DNA from: Macrostomum lignano | Taxonomy: Eukaryota | DNA: 64,000 nt | Assembly: GCA_002269645.1 (NCBI GenBank) | Contig: NIVC01003675.1 | Coordinates: 19,489-83,488, forward strand | Reading direction: 5' to 3' | Part shown: in pieces, positions 10,978 through 23,347 of the stretch | Position numbering within the stretch: the first letter of the stretch is position 1 | How the letters are laid out: each line of letters opens with the position of its first letter | The notes under the pieces: model-generated | Databases searched by the model: none | What the model was told of the DNA's origin: nothing | What the model saw: only the letters and a program-made list of their open reading frames with translations | Program-made: the position numbers and the translations under genes

Positions 10978-11114
10978 CCTGTCCTAATTCAACGCTATAG
11001 GAACCGCAGTGCATGATGATGAGATGATGTGGTGATGTGATAATAAAACGTTATATACAAACAGTTTATAAATTAAAGTAGATAAAGCCATTTAAAATGT
11101 ATCTGCTGAACAGT

Positions 11115-11265
11115 AGATGACAGTCAGGAAATGAATGAAGATGACAGTCAAGGAATGAAGATGACAGTCAAGGAATGAAGATGACAGTCAAGGATGAAGA
11201 TGAACAGTCAGAGAATGAAGATGACAGTCAGGGACTGAAGAGGCCGAATGAGAAGATGACAATGA
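11115..11265. repeat. Short 20-bp tandem repeat (GATGACAGTCAAGGAATGAA), about 6 copies
   Basis: Directly visible. Confidence 0.8.
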
Positions 11266-14200
11266 CATGTACATAACAGATGACCGCGCCAAGGTATAAT
11301 GTTTCTATACACTGTACTGTTAGCATTTAAGGAGAAATCACACATGAAATAGTTTCCTAGGTTTGTGTATATCAAGATTTTGCGATGCAGCAGCTTATCA
11401 AATTTACATGCAATAAACTTAAGCTCGATCTGGCCTGATGTAAATTAATTTTCGCATTGGTTTCTGGTGTTATCTCTATCTCAGCATGCATAAAAAGCCA
11501 TTGTTTGTTATAAGCACCGCGGAGCTGCACATTGGAGAACGTCGGAACATTGCATGCAGAGAGGACTGAGTCGATCGAATACCTCTAAAATTATACATGT
11601 ATATGTATGAAGATACACTGTATACAGCTGTATACAATAATCAGCCAGAAGTCAGTTTAGCAACCAAACAACTGTAAGCGTCAACCGCCCTGCCAGACTG
11701 CTCAGTTACCACAACACCTTACACCTAAGGCAAAACAAAACGAATTTGTTTAAGTCGCGTACGCTCGCGTCCAAATTCAGCGGCAAATTCAACATCGTTC
11801 AGCAGAGTCAGATCCTGTCTACTATCTGGGTCGTTCGCAAATTCTAGGAGGAGCAAAAATTTTAACAATTTTCCGAACATTTACTATTGTTACTGCCATA
11901 TTGAAAAAAATAGGACACTTTTATCTGTCAATAAAGATAATTTTTGGGTTGAACTTTATCATACAAAAGTGTTTTTAATCATCTGGCGGTATTAAGCGAT
12001 AATTAGCGATGAAAAAATTCAAATTCAATCATTTCACCGATGTTAATTTTTGATACTACAAGATGTCTGTAGCTAAAAAAAGTTGTTGTTGTGTTGAAAC
12101 CTTGCTATATTACATTTAAAATGAAAGCTTATATAAATTTAATTTAAGAATTTTTTAAAGCCAATAAACTGCACTACAAATGATTTTATAGACGCTTAAC
12201 TGTACGCCTAGCATTTCCGGTGGGATAGCCTCTTTGCGTCTCACAAAATGTATTTTTCGGCTGACGTCTAGAATGCGTGCTTAAAATGATACATTTTGAT
12301 GCAGATAATTAGAAAAACATGTCTTATTATCTTTTTGTAAAAAATTGTTATGAAATAGAGCACTATTGTTGATAAAAATAATTAAAAGCAACCATGCATC
12401 GCAATAAACTCCTACTTTGAAGCACAAAATAAATATCCTGTAACCACACTAGCATTCTCCATGGAGCACCTTTTGAGCTGAAATTTTACAAAGATATCCA
12501 GTAAAGTAAACTGAGCAAATGATTTTTTTTGTTTTTGAAAATACTTCAATTTGGCTATGTATCTGTTAGTTCATTGGACATATTTATTATATTTTTATTA
12601 AAATCCTTGTAACCAAGCTACAGAGAAACATGTGCAAAACTGGACCTTGAAATTTGACCTGAATGATCAGCAAATGTGTATCTCGAAATGATTTTTTTTT
12701 GTTTTCATCAAGTCATTCTATGCTAATTTTTTCTGAAGGGAAAGATACCATATATTTAGAGTCAATAGGGGAAGCATTTAAACTTATTCAATAGTCATTA
12801 AAATTGCAACTATATTATCATAATATGGTAATACTATTATACATGTATTATATAGTAATATTAACTTCTAAGATGCCCTTATAAATTTAAGTAAAGACAA
12901 CAGGCCTTAATTAATTAATCAGCATTTTGAAGAAACTGACCTTATACAGATGGGCCCCAAGCTAAGAAATGAATGTAGAGCTTATTTCGTGTAAGGTATA
13001 AAAATCAATTTATTATAATAATAAATACTCCTAATAAATTGGTTAAATTAGTTATTTACCTTGAATTAATTTAATTTAATAATTAAATATATATAAATTT
13101 GTTTCACTTCTTACTGCATTTAAATAGAGTACCTCTCTACTATACTATAGAAGTATAGTAAAAGTATGGTAAAAAAGTATAGTAAAAAATTTTCTTTGGT
13201 TTAATCCCAGCTTGCCTCAGTTTTTTAGTCTTAATACGAGCTAGATAGTAAGTGTTGATTAATTTGCTCCATCACCTTTTGCCACGGAAACAGCACATGT
13301 CGGACATGCAACACTCTTCCTGATCCCTGGATCCAAGATGACTGCTTCTGCTTCTTCAATGCTTGAAAACTGAGCTCATGGAGCTTCAGGTTATGCTGTC
13401 AGAGTGCTGCTGCCGGTGCTGTGTGTGTATGTGTGTGTCTTCTGTGGGTAGGTTCCCTGTCCCTCAGTTTAGCCACTGTTGTGGGCTAACTGGAGGAATT
13501 GCCGTTGTCGGTGCTGCAGGTGGCACTACATGGTAGTATTGACGCTGTCAGTGACGCTGGCAAAGGCTTGGACGAAGCTAGGTGCCGTCATTGTCAGAAG
13601 GACATGCGTGTGCTGCTTAGACCAGTGCGCACATTCGACTGGACTCGTATCTGGTGCAGTCTGGTGTATTCACTGAGATTGTGTGGATCTGCCTCCTCGC
13701 ATCACCTCAACCAGGCTCAATTTCTTTTGTAGAATTTTCGTGCGCTGCTTGACTGCATCTTGTGCCTGCTGAGTGATGCCAAGAATTGTGCCACACAATA
13801 ATTTGGCCCATAAACTACTCGTATATTATACATATGTATGCACAGCACACACACACGCAGTTCATTCATATTAAATGTACTAGTTAATGGAATTCTCATC
13901 TCATGAGCTCTAGTCTATGGACAAACCTGAAATTACTATAATATCTAGATAGAACTAAACTTCTTTGAGCAGCGCGCTGCGCTGCGAGCAAAATACATGT
14001 AGATTCCTTATAGCGCAACTAATTACTGAAGTAAAAGTGTAGTACAGTCTACAGCCTGAAGTAGCCTGTGTAAGATGCGGAGGGATGATTTTTGCATAGG
14101 AAGCCACTAAGGTAAGGTTGATGGAACTATGGGGAGGTGAGAGATTCAAAGCGAGGGACGGAAGCCATGCATAGGTCGATCATAAGTTTGATTATTGCAA

Positions 14201-16449
14201 GAGTCTGGGGATGCATTAACGAGAGGCGGACGAGAGCATAGAAATAAAGCGGGCTAAATATATTAATACACAAAATTACATGTACTAGCTAGTAATTTCA
14301 GAATGGTCAGCGACTCCTCCGATTTGTATCCGCGACCGCGTGCCCACAAATCCCCCGGCAGACCCTGTCGCAGTTGGTGGTTGTGCACAGAATACAATGT
14401 TAATTTTCGAGCTTCTCTGCAAAAATGCGTGATGCACTCAAGATGCGTGCTAAAGTCTACTTCTTTGATTGATGGCTGGGTTTTGCCTTTTCGCTTGTGA
14501 TCATCAAAAGCTTGGGCGTCATTGCTACTGGTGTTTCAGTGTGCGCATTATGTCTGGTTATCATATTATGTGCATGTGCAGTGTCTTTTACCTACATTTT
14601 TGTTTGTCTCTGTTTCCTGCATGCTCTTTCGCATTTTTACACCTCGCACATCCTCATTTTTCTCAATTAACAAGTGAAATCTTTTCTTAAAGACTAATTG
14701 CTATTTTAGTTAAGCTAGTAGGTTTTTGGTAATTAAATAATTCAATTTTGTCTATTTTCCAAAAAGTTTCAAAAAATGAATTAATTAAAATAAATTTGAA
14801 TTATTTTAAGTTAATTGGAGTAAAATGTCTAATAAGTAACTATAATTTTTTATTTTAAGTACATGTAGCTTTGGTATAAGTATTAATGTAATAAGTACTT
14901 AAAGTAAAATCAAGCAAGTTATAGTTTTCAGAAATTATGCTACAAATAATCAAATATATACTAGAATCCAAATTCCTTTATTAAGGAACATGCAGTTGAT
15001 ATTAAATCCACAATGTGCTTTTTGGTGTTCAAGGATAGTTCCCTGACTTTTTCTATTATTAGTTAGATTTTATTATATTTAATGTAAAAATGAACAATTC
15101 TATTCACCGTAAAAATGAACATTCTTTATTTGTCGAATCATCTTGACTTTGAAAAGATACATAGTGAAAACTTGATTTTTAATTCAACCTTTCAAGACTT
15201 ATTTAGACTTCTTAATTCAGTGATTAGTTAAACTGATCGAAGTCCTTTCGAGTGCATGCTATAATAATTTCGCACTTTTTCGCACACGATAATTTTAAAT
15301 GTCTGGGATTTGGAGCAGAGTAACAAAATGCTGTGCTCAAAAACATTTCCTTTGTCAATTTCTTGTTCTTTTATTTTTGCAAAAGAAATTTAACTGCATA
15401 TTTAAAATAAAAATAGAAGAAAATTTTATTTTCTCTTTAATATTTTTGTCGTTTATTTTCCGCAACAAAGAATAACAAATAGCCTTGATTTCTTCTCAAT
15501 TTCAAGTTTTCTTGTGGTTTTAGTAGCAGCTTCTTACAGAAATTGTCGAAATAATTTTTTTTGTACGATTATTGCTCGATGTATAAACTTTTTTTGCAAT
15601 AACAAAAAGTTGTGACCTAGCTTTGAGAACGACCCATCTGTGGTTATAATAGGCCTAGTTGATAAGAAAAGGGTTTACTGTTAAAAATGCAATCCCAACA
15701 AATGAATAATATTCCTACTATATCATTAGATAACAATTAGATAACAATGTCACATTGGTAACATCTGTTTATAGGCCTAGGCCTATATATATAGGCCCTA
15801 ACTGTCTGTAGGCCTAATGCCTAATTTAGTTATTTATTTATTAACTATTTATAGGATAGGGAGAAGAAGCAAATTGTCCAAAAATAAATAAAAAGCAATT
15901 TTCAAGCAATCGCCTATTAGCCATATCAATTGTTAGGGCTGGGTGCCACTGAATTCTTTAACAGCTAGGCCTAGGCCTAATTCGTCAACTCTGTTGACAA
16001 ATTCAGTTACCTAACAACACACTAGGCCTATTGACTAGATAGTATATTTTTACTATTTGCTAAAAATTAAAAGACAAAAGCCTACTGAAAAGATATATAT
16101 TATATAAGATAACAAAGACAAATGGTTTTTATTTGATATATGATTTTTACAACCTGTTAAAAGCTAGGGGCCTATGGATTTTAAACCCATTTAATTGCAA
16201 TAAATCCTGGAACTATTGGCATTCCTTCGGTTTACAATCACCTAAAACAGTGACAATCACCATAAAAAACAGTTGTAAGACATAAAATGATAAAATCCAT
16301 AGTTTCCAATGAAACAAAATCAAATGTTGGCAAACTGACTTTGTTTATTTCAAAAGATGGCAAGATTGTTGTAGCACCTTATATTTCACCTTTGGTTTAC
16401 AATCACCCAAATGTATATTGCCCATTGAAATGTGCAATGCACAATTCAC

Positions 16450-16620
16450 CTTTTGGTTTACAATCACTTGCACACATGCACTCTATTGAAATGATTGTGA
16501 ACCAAAGCTAGCTATAAAAAAGTATACTAAGGCCAAGGGTTGACATGCTTTCTTATAGCCAGCTTTGGTTCATAATCATTTCAATAGAGTGCATGTGTGC
16601 AAGTGATTATAAACCAAAAG
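16450..16620. repeat. 76-bp inverted repeat with a 19-nt spacer (foldback)
   Basis: 16450-16525 versus 16545-16620: 5 mismatches, all transitions. A partial extra copy of the spacer and right arm lies at about 16665-16720. Confidence 0.9.
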
Positions 16621-18383
16621 TGAGAGGGGGGTATGGCACTAAAGATTAATTATACTAAGCTAGGGTTGATATGCTTTCCTATAGCTAGCTTTGGATGATT
16701 GTAGGCCTAAACCAAAGGTGATATATATATAAGCTACTAGTGATTAGTGAACAAATGTATAATCTTTTCAATTTCAGGTAAACAAAGTTAGTTGATCAGC
16801 TAACTTTTGCTTTTTTTTCATTTGATACTACTGTTGGTTTTTATGTCTTAATTTTGAACACACCATTTTGCATTCAGTAAGCAAAATATAAGGTGATCGT
16901 AAACTGAAACTGGCAAAATAGATAGTGATTCTAAACTAAAGGATTGCCAAACTATTTTTGCACAGATTTTAAAATCTGAACTCATACTCAAACAAAATGT
17001 TTGTAAGTTAATGGTTAAGGAGATAAACAAACTTGGATCTTTGTAACAAAATTTACAATTATTGCATTAAGGAATAAACTATTTTATAGTAAATCTGTCT
17101 TGTTATTGACAAATTCATTTATCTTGTTTTATAACTGTTGATGAATTTAATTTCCTTCAATTTCTTAAATTTTAGGTCTGCTAATAAATTAGATATTGTT
17201 GAATTTGGTGTAGCCTATTAGGGCCTAGGCCCTTAAAGGACTAGGCCTAGAAAACCTTGATATTGGTATTGGTATTGGTATTAGTATTGATATTTATATA
17301 TAATAAAAGTAATTCAATATCTTTCTACTTAGGCACTGTCTGCTTAAGACACTAACTTTAGGTCCATATTCTATGTATTGCTTATAAGTAAAAATAGACC
17401 TAGTATAGACCTAGGTCAAATGACTTTAATAGACTAGGCCTAGACTATTGTTAAAAAGTCAAAGACTAGTAGATTTATTTTATCTAGTTAAATAGATGCC
17501 TAGTTCTTTTGGCTTTGTACTAAGCTAAGGCCTATTATATTATTATCAATTGCTTCAAAATTTGGCCTTCAAGTAGTTTGTGGTTAACTTTATTTGCAAA
17601 ATTAATAGATAATTAGGTATTTTATCTACTTCATAACTTAGGCCTATTGCTTAGACTTATTGTTGGAGGGCTATTTAACTATTCTTTGATTTATTTTACT
17701 GATGCCACCAAGTTGTGGTAGGGGGTGTTTAACTATTTTAGACTATCCTACCAATGTCACCAAGTTGTTGTAAGTTTAAATTGTCTATTACTCTTTGACA
17801 TTACTTAGTTAATTATTGTTTCTTAGAAAAACATTAAGTCTAGAATTTTAACCTAAGGACTCCTTGAATCTATGCAAGTCACCCATTATGTCGAGCGGCA
17901 AACACTGGTCTACATATATTTTACTGATTACTACTATTACTATTAGTTTCTTATATTCAATTACTCAGTCCTACGTACAGGCTACATATAGGAGTTGCCC
18001 AACTACTCAACCATTTGCTCCCTTTTACTGGCTTCTCACAGCTTTTCTCTACTTTCTTCTGCTTTCCAAGTCAACACGATTTGCTTTCTTAACCGAATCA
18101 GAGAATTGGCAGGCAAAGGGAACACTGCCCGAAAATGCTTGTATTTATAGTCGAAAAATATGAGGGGAGAGGGGGACGTGGGATGAGTTATAACAAAATG
18201 TCAGCGCTAAGTTAAACAAATTATTTCCACCGTCCAATAATATTCCTCCAAGCTTAATGATACCTCCTTTAAACAAAATATTTGCATAAAAATAGAATTT
18301 TCCTAATTTAAACAAAATGGACCATTTAAACAACACATTACCAGGCAACGAGAAATATTTAAAATGAGACCTGCCTCATTACA

Positions 18384-19727
18384 CGAGGGTCATCCCAAAA
18401 GTTTCAGCAATTGAATGATTTTGTGCCATAGACAACTTTTAGGACTACAGCACTTATACCACACAAAAGATGAGCATATTTCGGGTGTCTGAGTAAGTTT
18501 TTAGCATTCTAGCTTCAAAATTCTGTTTTCTAAAGAACATTTTAGGAGATCATAAATCAAACATTGGCCGACAACGATAAAATGGAATTTCCGTTGAACT
18601 TGGAGCAGCGCTCATACATTAAAACGGAATGTCTTTGTGGTGTCCCTGCAGCTCAAATTCACCGTCAGTTGCTGCAGGCCCATGGGCCAAATGCGATGAG
18701 CCAGCGAGCCGTGTATGACTGGTACATTCGATTCAAGAATGTCCGCTCTGATGTCGAGGATGACCCACGATCTGGAAGGCCAAAAGAAGCTCGCACAGAG
18801 TTGAACATCGAGTTGATCCAAGGGCTGCTGAACATCAATCGCCATTGGACATGCGAAGAAATGGCTGAGCTGTCCGGAATCCCCTCGTCGAGTGTGCATC
18901 GGATCCTCATCCAGGATCTTGGACTGCAGAAGGTCACAGCCAGGTGGGTGCCGCACCATCTCACAGATGACAACAAGGCACGCCGGGTGACAACTGCTCA
19001 GCAGCTTCTGCATCAGTTCAGGAGAGAGGGTTCGGCTTTCCTAGACCGTATTGTCACGCTTGACGAGACTTGGATCTGTTCGTACAAGCCCAATCTCAAG
19101 AGCCAGAATTCCGAGTGGCAGTCGAAAGGTTCTGCCCAGCCATCAAGACCATCAGTTCTGCGGCGCGCCAAGGGAGCCGACAAGATGATGATCATCGCAT
19201 GCTACGATAGCTTTGGCATTATTCTCATCCACCGCGTTCCTGAGGGCCAAAACATCAACCAACAGTACTATTGGAGCTTTATTATTCACCATCTTCGGCC
19301 TGCCTTGCGCAAAAAGCGGCCACAGACCCTGGAACTTGGTCCACTTCTTCTGCACGACAATGCCAGTTCGCACACAGCCCACATTGTGCAGAACCTACTG
19401 CGGGACTATCAGTGGGAGGTGCTGCCTCATCCTCCTTACTCCCCAGACCTCAGTCCCTGCAATTTCGACCTTTTTCCAAAGCTTAAGAACCAGCTCCGAG
19501 GGCGTCGTTTCCATTGCCTGGATGACCTGTTCAGCGAGGTTGGCCGTATTGCAAAAGACTTGTGAGAATCCGGCGCTGCTGACGGCATTCAGAAGTTGCC
19601 TGGCCGCTGGGAGCGCACAATTCAAGTCAACGGAAGTTATTTTGAAGGTTTTTGACATGTTCATTGTTCTGACACTCGTTTGTTGAAAATTAGTAGGCGT
19701 TTGCTGAAACTTTTGGGATGACCCTCG
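18384..19727 (+). mobile_element. Mariner (Tc1/mariner) DNA transposon, full length (1344 bp)
   Basis: Perfect 27-bp TIRs CGAGGGTCATCCCAAAAGTTTCAGCAA at 18384-18410 and 19701-19727. TA on the right flank; the left flank reads CA. Internal transposase. Confidence 0.95.
18582..19655 (+). pseudogene. Mariner transposase with a premature TGA (19563-19565) and a D-to-N change at the third catalytic position
   Basis: Motifs: HTH region with DDPRSGRP, WVPHHL, TLDETW, HDNA, YSPDLSPCNF. After the TGA the frame continues ESGAADGIQKLPGRWERTIQVNGSYFEGF to a stop at 19653-19655. Confidence 0.9.
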
Positions 19728-20537
19728 TATTAATAGTAATTAAAATAGTTAGCCTAAGCAACAATTACTAATTGTTTTCATATACTAGCAATTGATGTTC
19801 CAAATGATATGCCTTGAGAAAAGATAGTGTTATGGATTTATATTTAGTATTATCAATAATAGTCAAAGACAAAGGTTCTACCCTTTAAGCAAAATAAAAT
19901 TTTATCATTTTTTGTGACAACTTTTCACTTAAAATTAACCTTCAAGTTATACAACTAAGCCACTATAAGAAAAGTAAATTTGATTGAATCAATAATAAAT
20001 ATTAGTTGCATAAAATCATTATAGTACATTTTTTGTGTTTTGGTATAGTTTTCTGATAGACATTTAGATAGAAATTTAAAAACCATTTAGTCAATGCTTA
20101 ACAAAACTATTTATTAAGTATGAACTATAATAGATATCTTAATACCAACAAAGATAATGATATAAAAAGAATAAAAAGGATGTTTTATAAGCTAAGATAC
20201 TCCTTAGCAATGGTTGTTAAGATATTTCTAACCAAACCAAGTATTATTATTATTAATATTATTACTATTTGAGAACAAATATAAAAGAACAAACAATGCC
20301 TAGCAACATTGAAATATGACAAAAAAGCAGCACAAATCATATATAGTCATATGTATGCTTATATATAGATGATATCCCATTATAGCATACATTTTTATTT
20401 TGTGATTTTATTGTTTTGGCCAAAAACTTTAGAATGAATACAAGAAGTCAGCCATTAGAGATAGGCTTCTATTGCAGGTAGAAGTGGTGTGGCCACTGCT
20501 CTTAGGCCAAGTGCAAAAAAGATGCGGGTGTCTCCGA

Positions 20538-23347
20538 CAGTGTTGGGCAAGTTACTTTTTAAGTTACCACTTTAAAAATGAGTTTGGGCAATTCCATATA
20601 ATTATGGTCATAACATGACAGACTATTTTTACTTATAAAGTGAAATCTAATAATATATCCCAGGGCTCTTAATTATTCTTTTGTTAGTCTTACTTGCTGC
20701 CACCAAGTTGTGCTAGTGTTAAACTTCTATCTCTCTGCTTAATGTACCCTTGCATAATTGTACTATTATCGCTGGTAGCGTCTACTTATCTACTTCTATT
20801 GGTAGTGTCTACTTATCTAATGGTAGCGGTTGTATATGTACTGTACTTTTAGCCTGAGTGGTCTAATGGCACTGTCTAACCCTACTATCTCTTAGTCTTG
20901 GGTGTTCTTTAGTTCAGAGGGTCACAGCTTATGCTCCTTTTCTGCCCTAGGGCGATCTTCTGCTATGAAGCATTTTCTTGGCCCTGAGGCAATTTCTCTT
21001 CCCTGAGGCGATTTCTCTGCCCTGAGGTGATTTCTCTGCCCTGAGGCAATTTTTCTGCCCTGAGGCAACCTGCTACTCTGTAGGTCCTTTCTACTCTTAG
21101 TCAATTCTCTCGCTTTTCAGCAGTTTTCTAACACTACTCCCAATTGGGGTTCTTACACTAGGAAATAAATAAGTATTTAGGTCTTGCAAATAGGATTTAA
21201 TAGAACTTGCAAATTGTGGTAAACAAGCCTAAGGACAGTTAGATGAGTTATCCCGGTTGAATTCTTTAGGCCCATTCTGGGCTCCTATTTATACTAGTTG
21301 TGAAATGTATTTAAAACAAAAATTATTTCATGAAATGTTATTTGAATTCACAATAGTAAAACAAAAATAATAATGATTTCTTTTTTGCGCAGATCTGAAA
21401 TAAGGTATTTTCCTAGAAAAGCTTTATAACGTATCTAATACTTATATTAGAAGGTCTTTTTATTAAAACAAATATACTAGATAAAATATACTAAACCAAT
21501 ATTTTGAATAAAATATTATTTTGTCAAGAATATGTTTATATAGTTTCATATAGATATAATCATTAGTATAGATGCTATTAAACCTTGAAGGGCACTAATG
21601 GTCGTAACAACAAGATTTTTGACATATAGAAACTAAACGGTAAAAGTCTTATAACATTTTTTTGATATTTTGCAATAGATTCTTTAAAATTTGACTAAGA
21701 ACATCTTCAGAGATCATACTCTATTATTAGAATATATAAAATCAAAAAGACAACAAAGATACAAAAAAAGGTAGCCTTATGGTCGTAACATTATGACCAT
21801 AACATATTTTTTCTATCAATTCAGTAACTTTGAGGTACCAATATACAAAAAATATAATAGATTATATGGTTGGTAATATTTTTATCTGATGATGCAAGTA
21901 CTATAATTTTATCTATAGTTTGTTTCAACTTTCCAAAACTTTATATTTGTTTTTAAAAGGTACACAAACTTAATGATGTTTTTTGCTTAGAAAAATGTCC
22001 AAATTTTTACAAAAATGACTTTTTGCCAATTGATAACACACTAATCCAACATTTTACCATTCATTTATTCTTAGATTGTAAATATTACACATAAAAAACA
22101 TTTGGCAAAAAAATAGCTCAAAAGGCTCACAAGCAAAAATATTGACTTTTTATATTTTCCAAATATGTCTATCTTATCTGGAATAAGCTGTTTATGTTAG
22201 CCTAATAACTTTATACAGAAACCTAGTAACTTAAGTTATTGTCCATTACTCACTTTCATTACCCATGTTATTAACAAAATTTTCATTGTCCTGACCTCAA
22301 CATTAATAACAATAGCAGTTGATTCACTATTACCATATCTACCACAATCAGTGGCAGATGCAGACTCTAACTTATCATTGACATTGTTGTTACCAAAATT
22401 TGCCATTAGAATTTAGGATTAACCAATTACTGGACAGAGTTAGGAATTGGCAACACGACGTGTGGCAACTAGACAGACCAATGGGCAATGTGCAACCTCC
22501 AAAATTTGGTCAGCCATGTAACTTAGTTTTAACAAAAAATGTGACATAGTTTTTGGTCAAAAATGCAACTTACATGTAAAAAAAACCATATAACAAAATT
22601 AATGCAACCTTGGGTAAATGGTAGGAGTAACTATGACTGTCTTATTAAGGCAAAATGCCTCATTATCTACTTAGTACTACAAAGGTATTTATTTGGTTGG
22701 GCATTTTTGCAACTTACCTTGGTTGGCCACCAAATCAGTTTGCCGGATTGGCTGACTTGGCCAACTATTGTGCATGTATAGCAATAGGCAATGGCAATCA
22801 ATAATTAAAAATTAAAAATAATAAAATTAACAAAAAACAATAATTCAATATAAAGTAAAATAAATAGAACTGTATAAAATGGTATAGTGCAGTGCAATGC
22901 AGTGCCAGTAGACTTGTGGAAGCTACAGAGAATTTCTTTCTTTGGTTGTTTGTTTGTACAATATATATATAAAATTTATTTTTTATTAACTTGAAAACAA
23001 AAAGCAAAAATATTTTACTGAAATTAACAAATTAAAAACAATTTTCAAGTATTTCTTCATTAATTAGAGCATAATACCATACAAATCTATTCACTTAATT
23101 TTGAATTTAGGAATGACAATGCTAAAAATGTGACAATTGGCATAATAGCTAAGTATATCAGTTTTGAATTTAAATATTGCAATTGTTACAAGGTAACTGT
23201 AATAGACTTAACCTGACTTCCAAAATTTGAGTAACTCCATTATTCCATCACCAAAATAGAAAAATAACTTGTGTAAAGAATGCTTTACAAAAAAGTAACT
23301 TGCATTACCATTTGCAAGTTACTTGATAATAGAAGTGCCCAACACTG
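20538..23347. mobile_element. Old non-autonomous hAT-like element (about 2.8 kb)
   Basis: 12-bp TIR CAGTGTTGGGCA / TGCCCAACACTG; subterminal AAGTTACT/AGTAACTT motifs; flanking 8-mers GTCTCCGA and GTCTCTAG (5/8 match). No ORF. Confidence 0.45.

Noticed and set aside
10444-11322. 12-bp inverted match TAACAGTACAGT / ACTGTACTGTTA around the palindrome
   Set aside because: Too short and low-complexity to define a TA-TSD element, and a third copy at about 10821 makes the pairing ambiguous.
13260-13800. GC-richer, coding-like segment with Cys pairs (RCRHCQK on +, CPTC on -)
   Set aside because: All frames are interrupted by stops and no family motif could be recognised; probably a decayed TE or gene fragment. 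A tBLASTx search would be needed.
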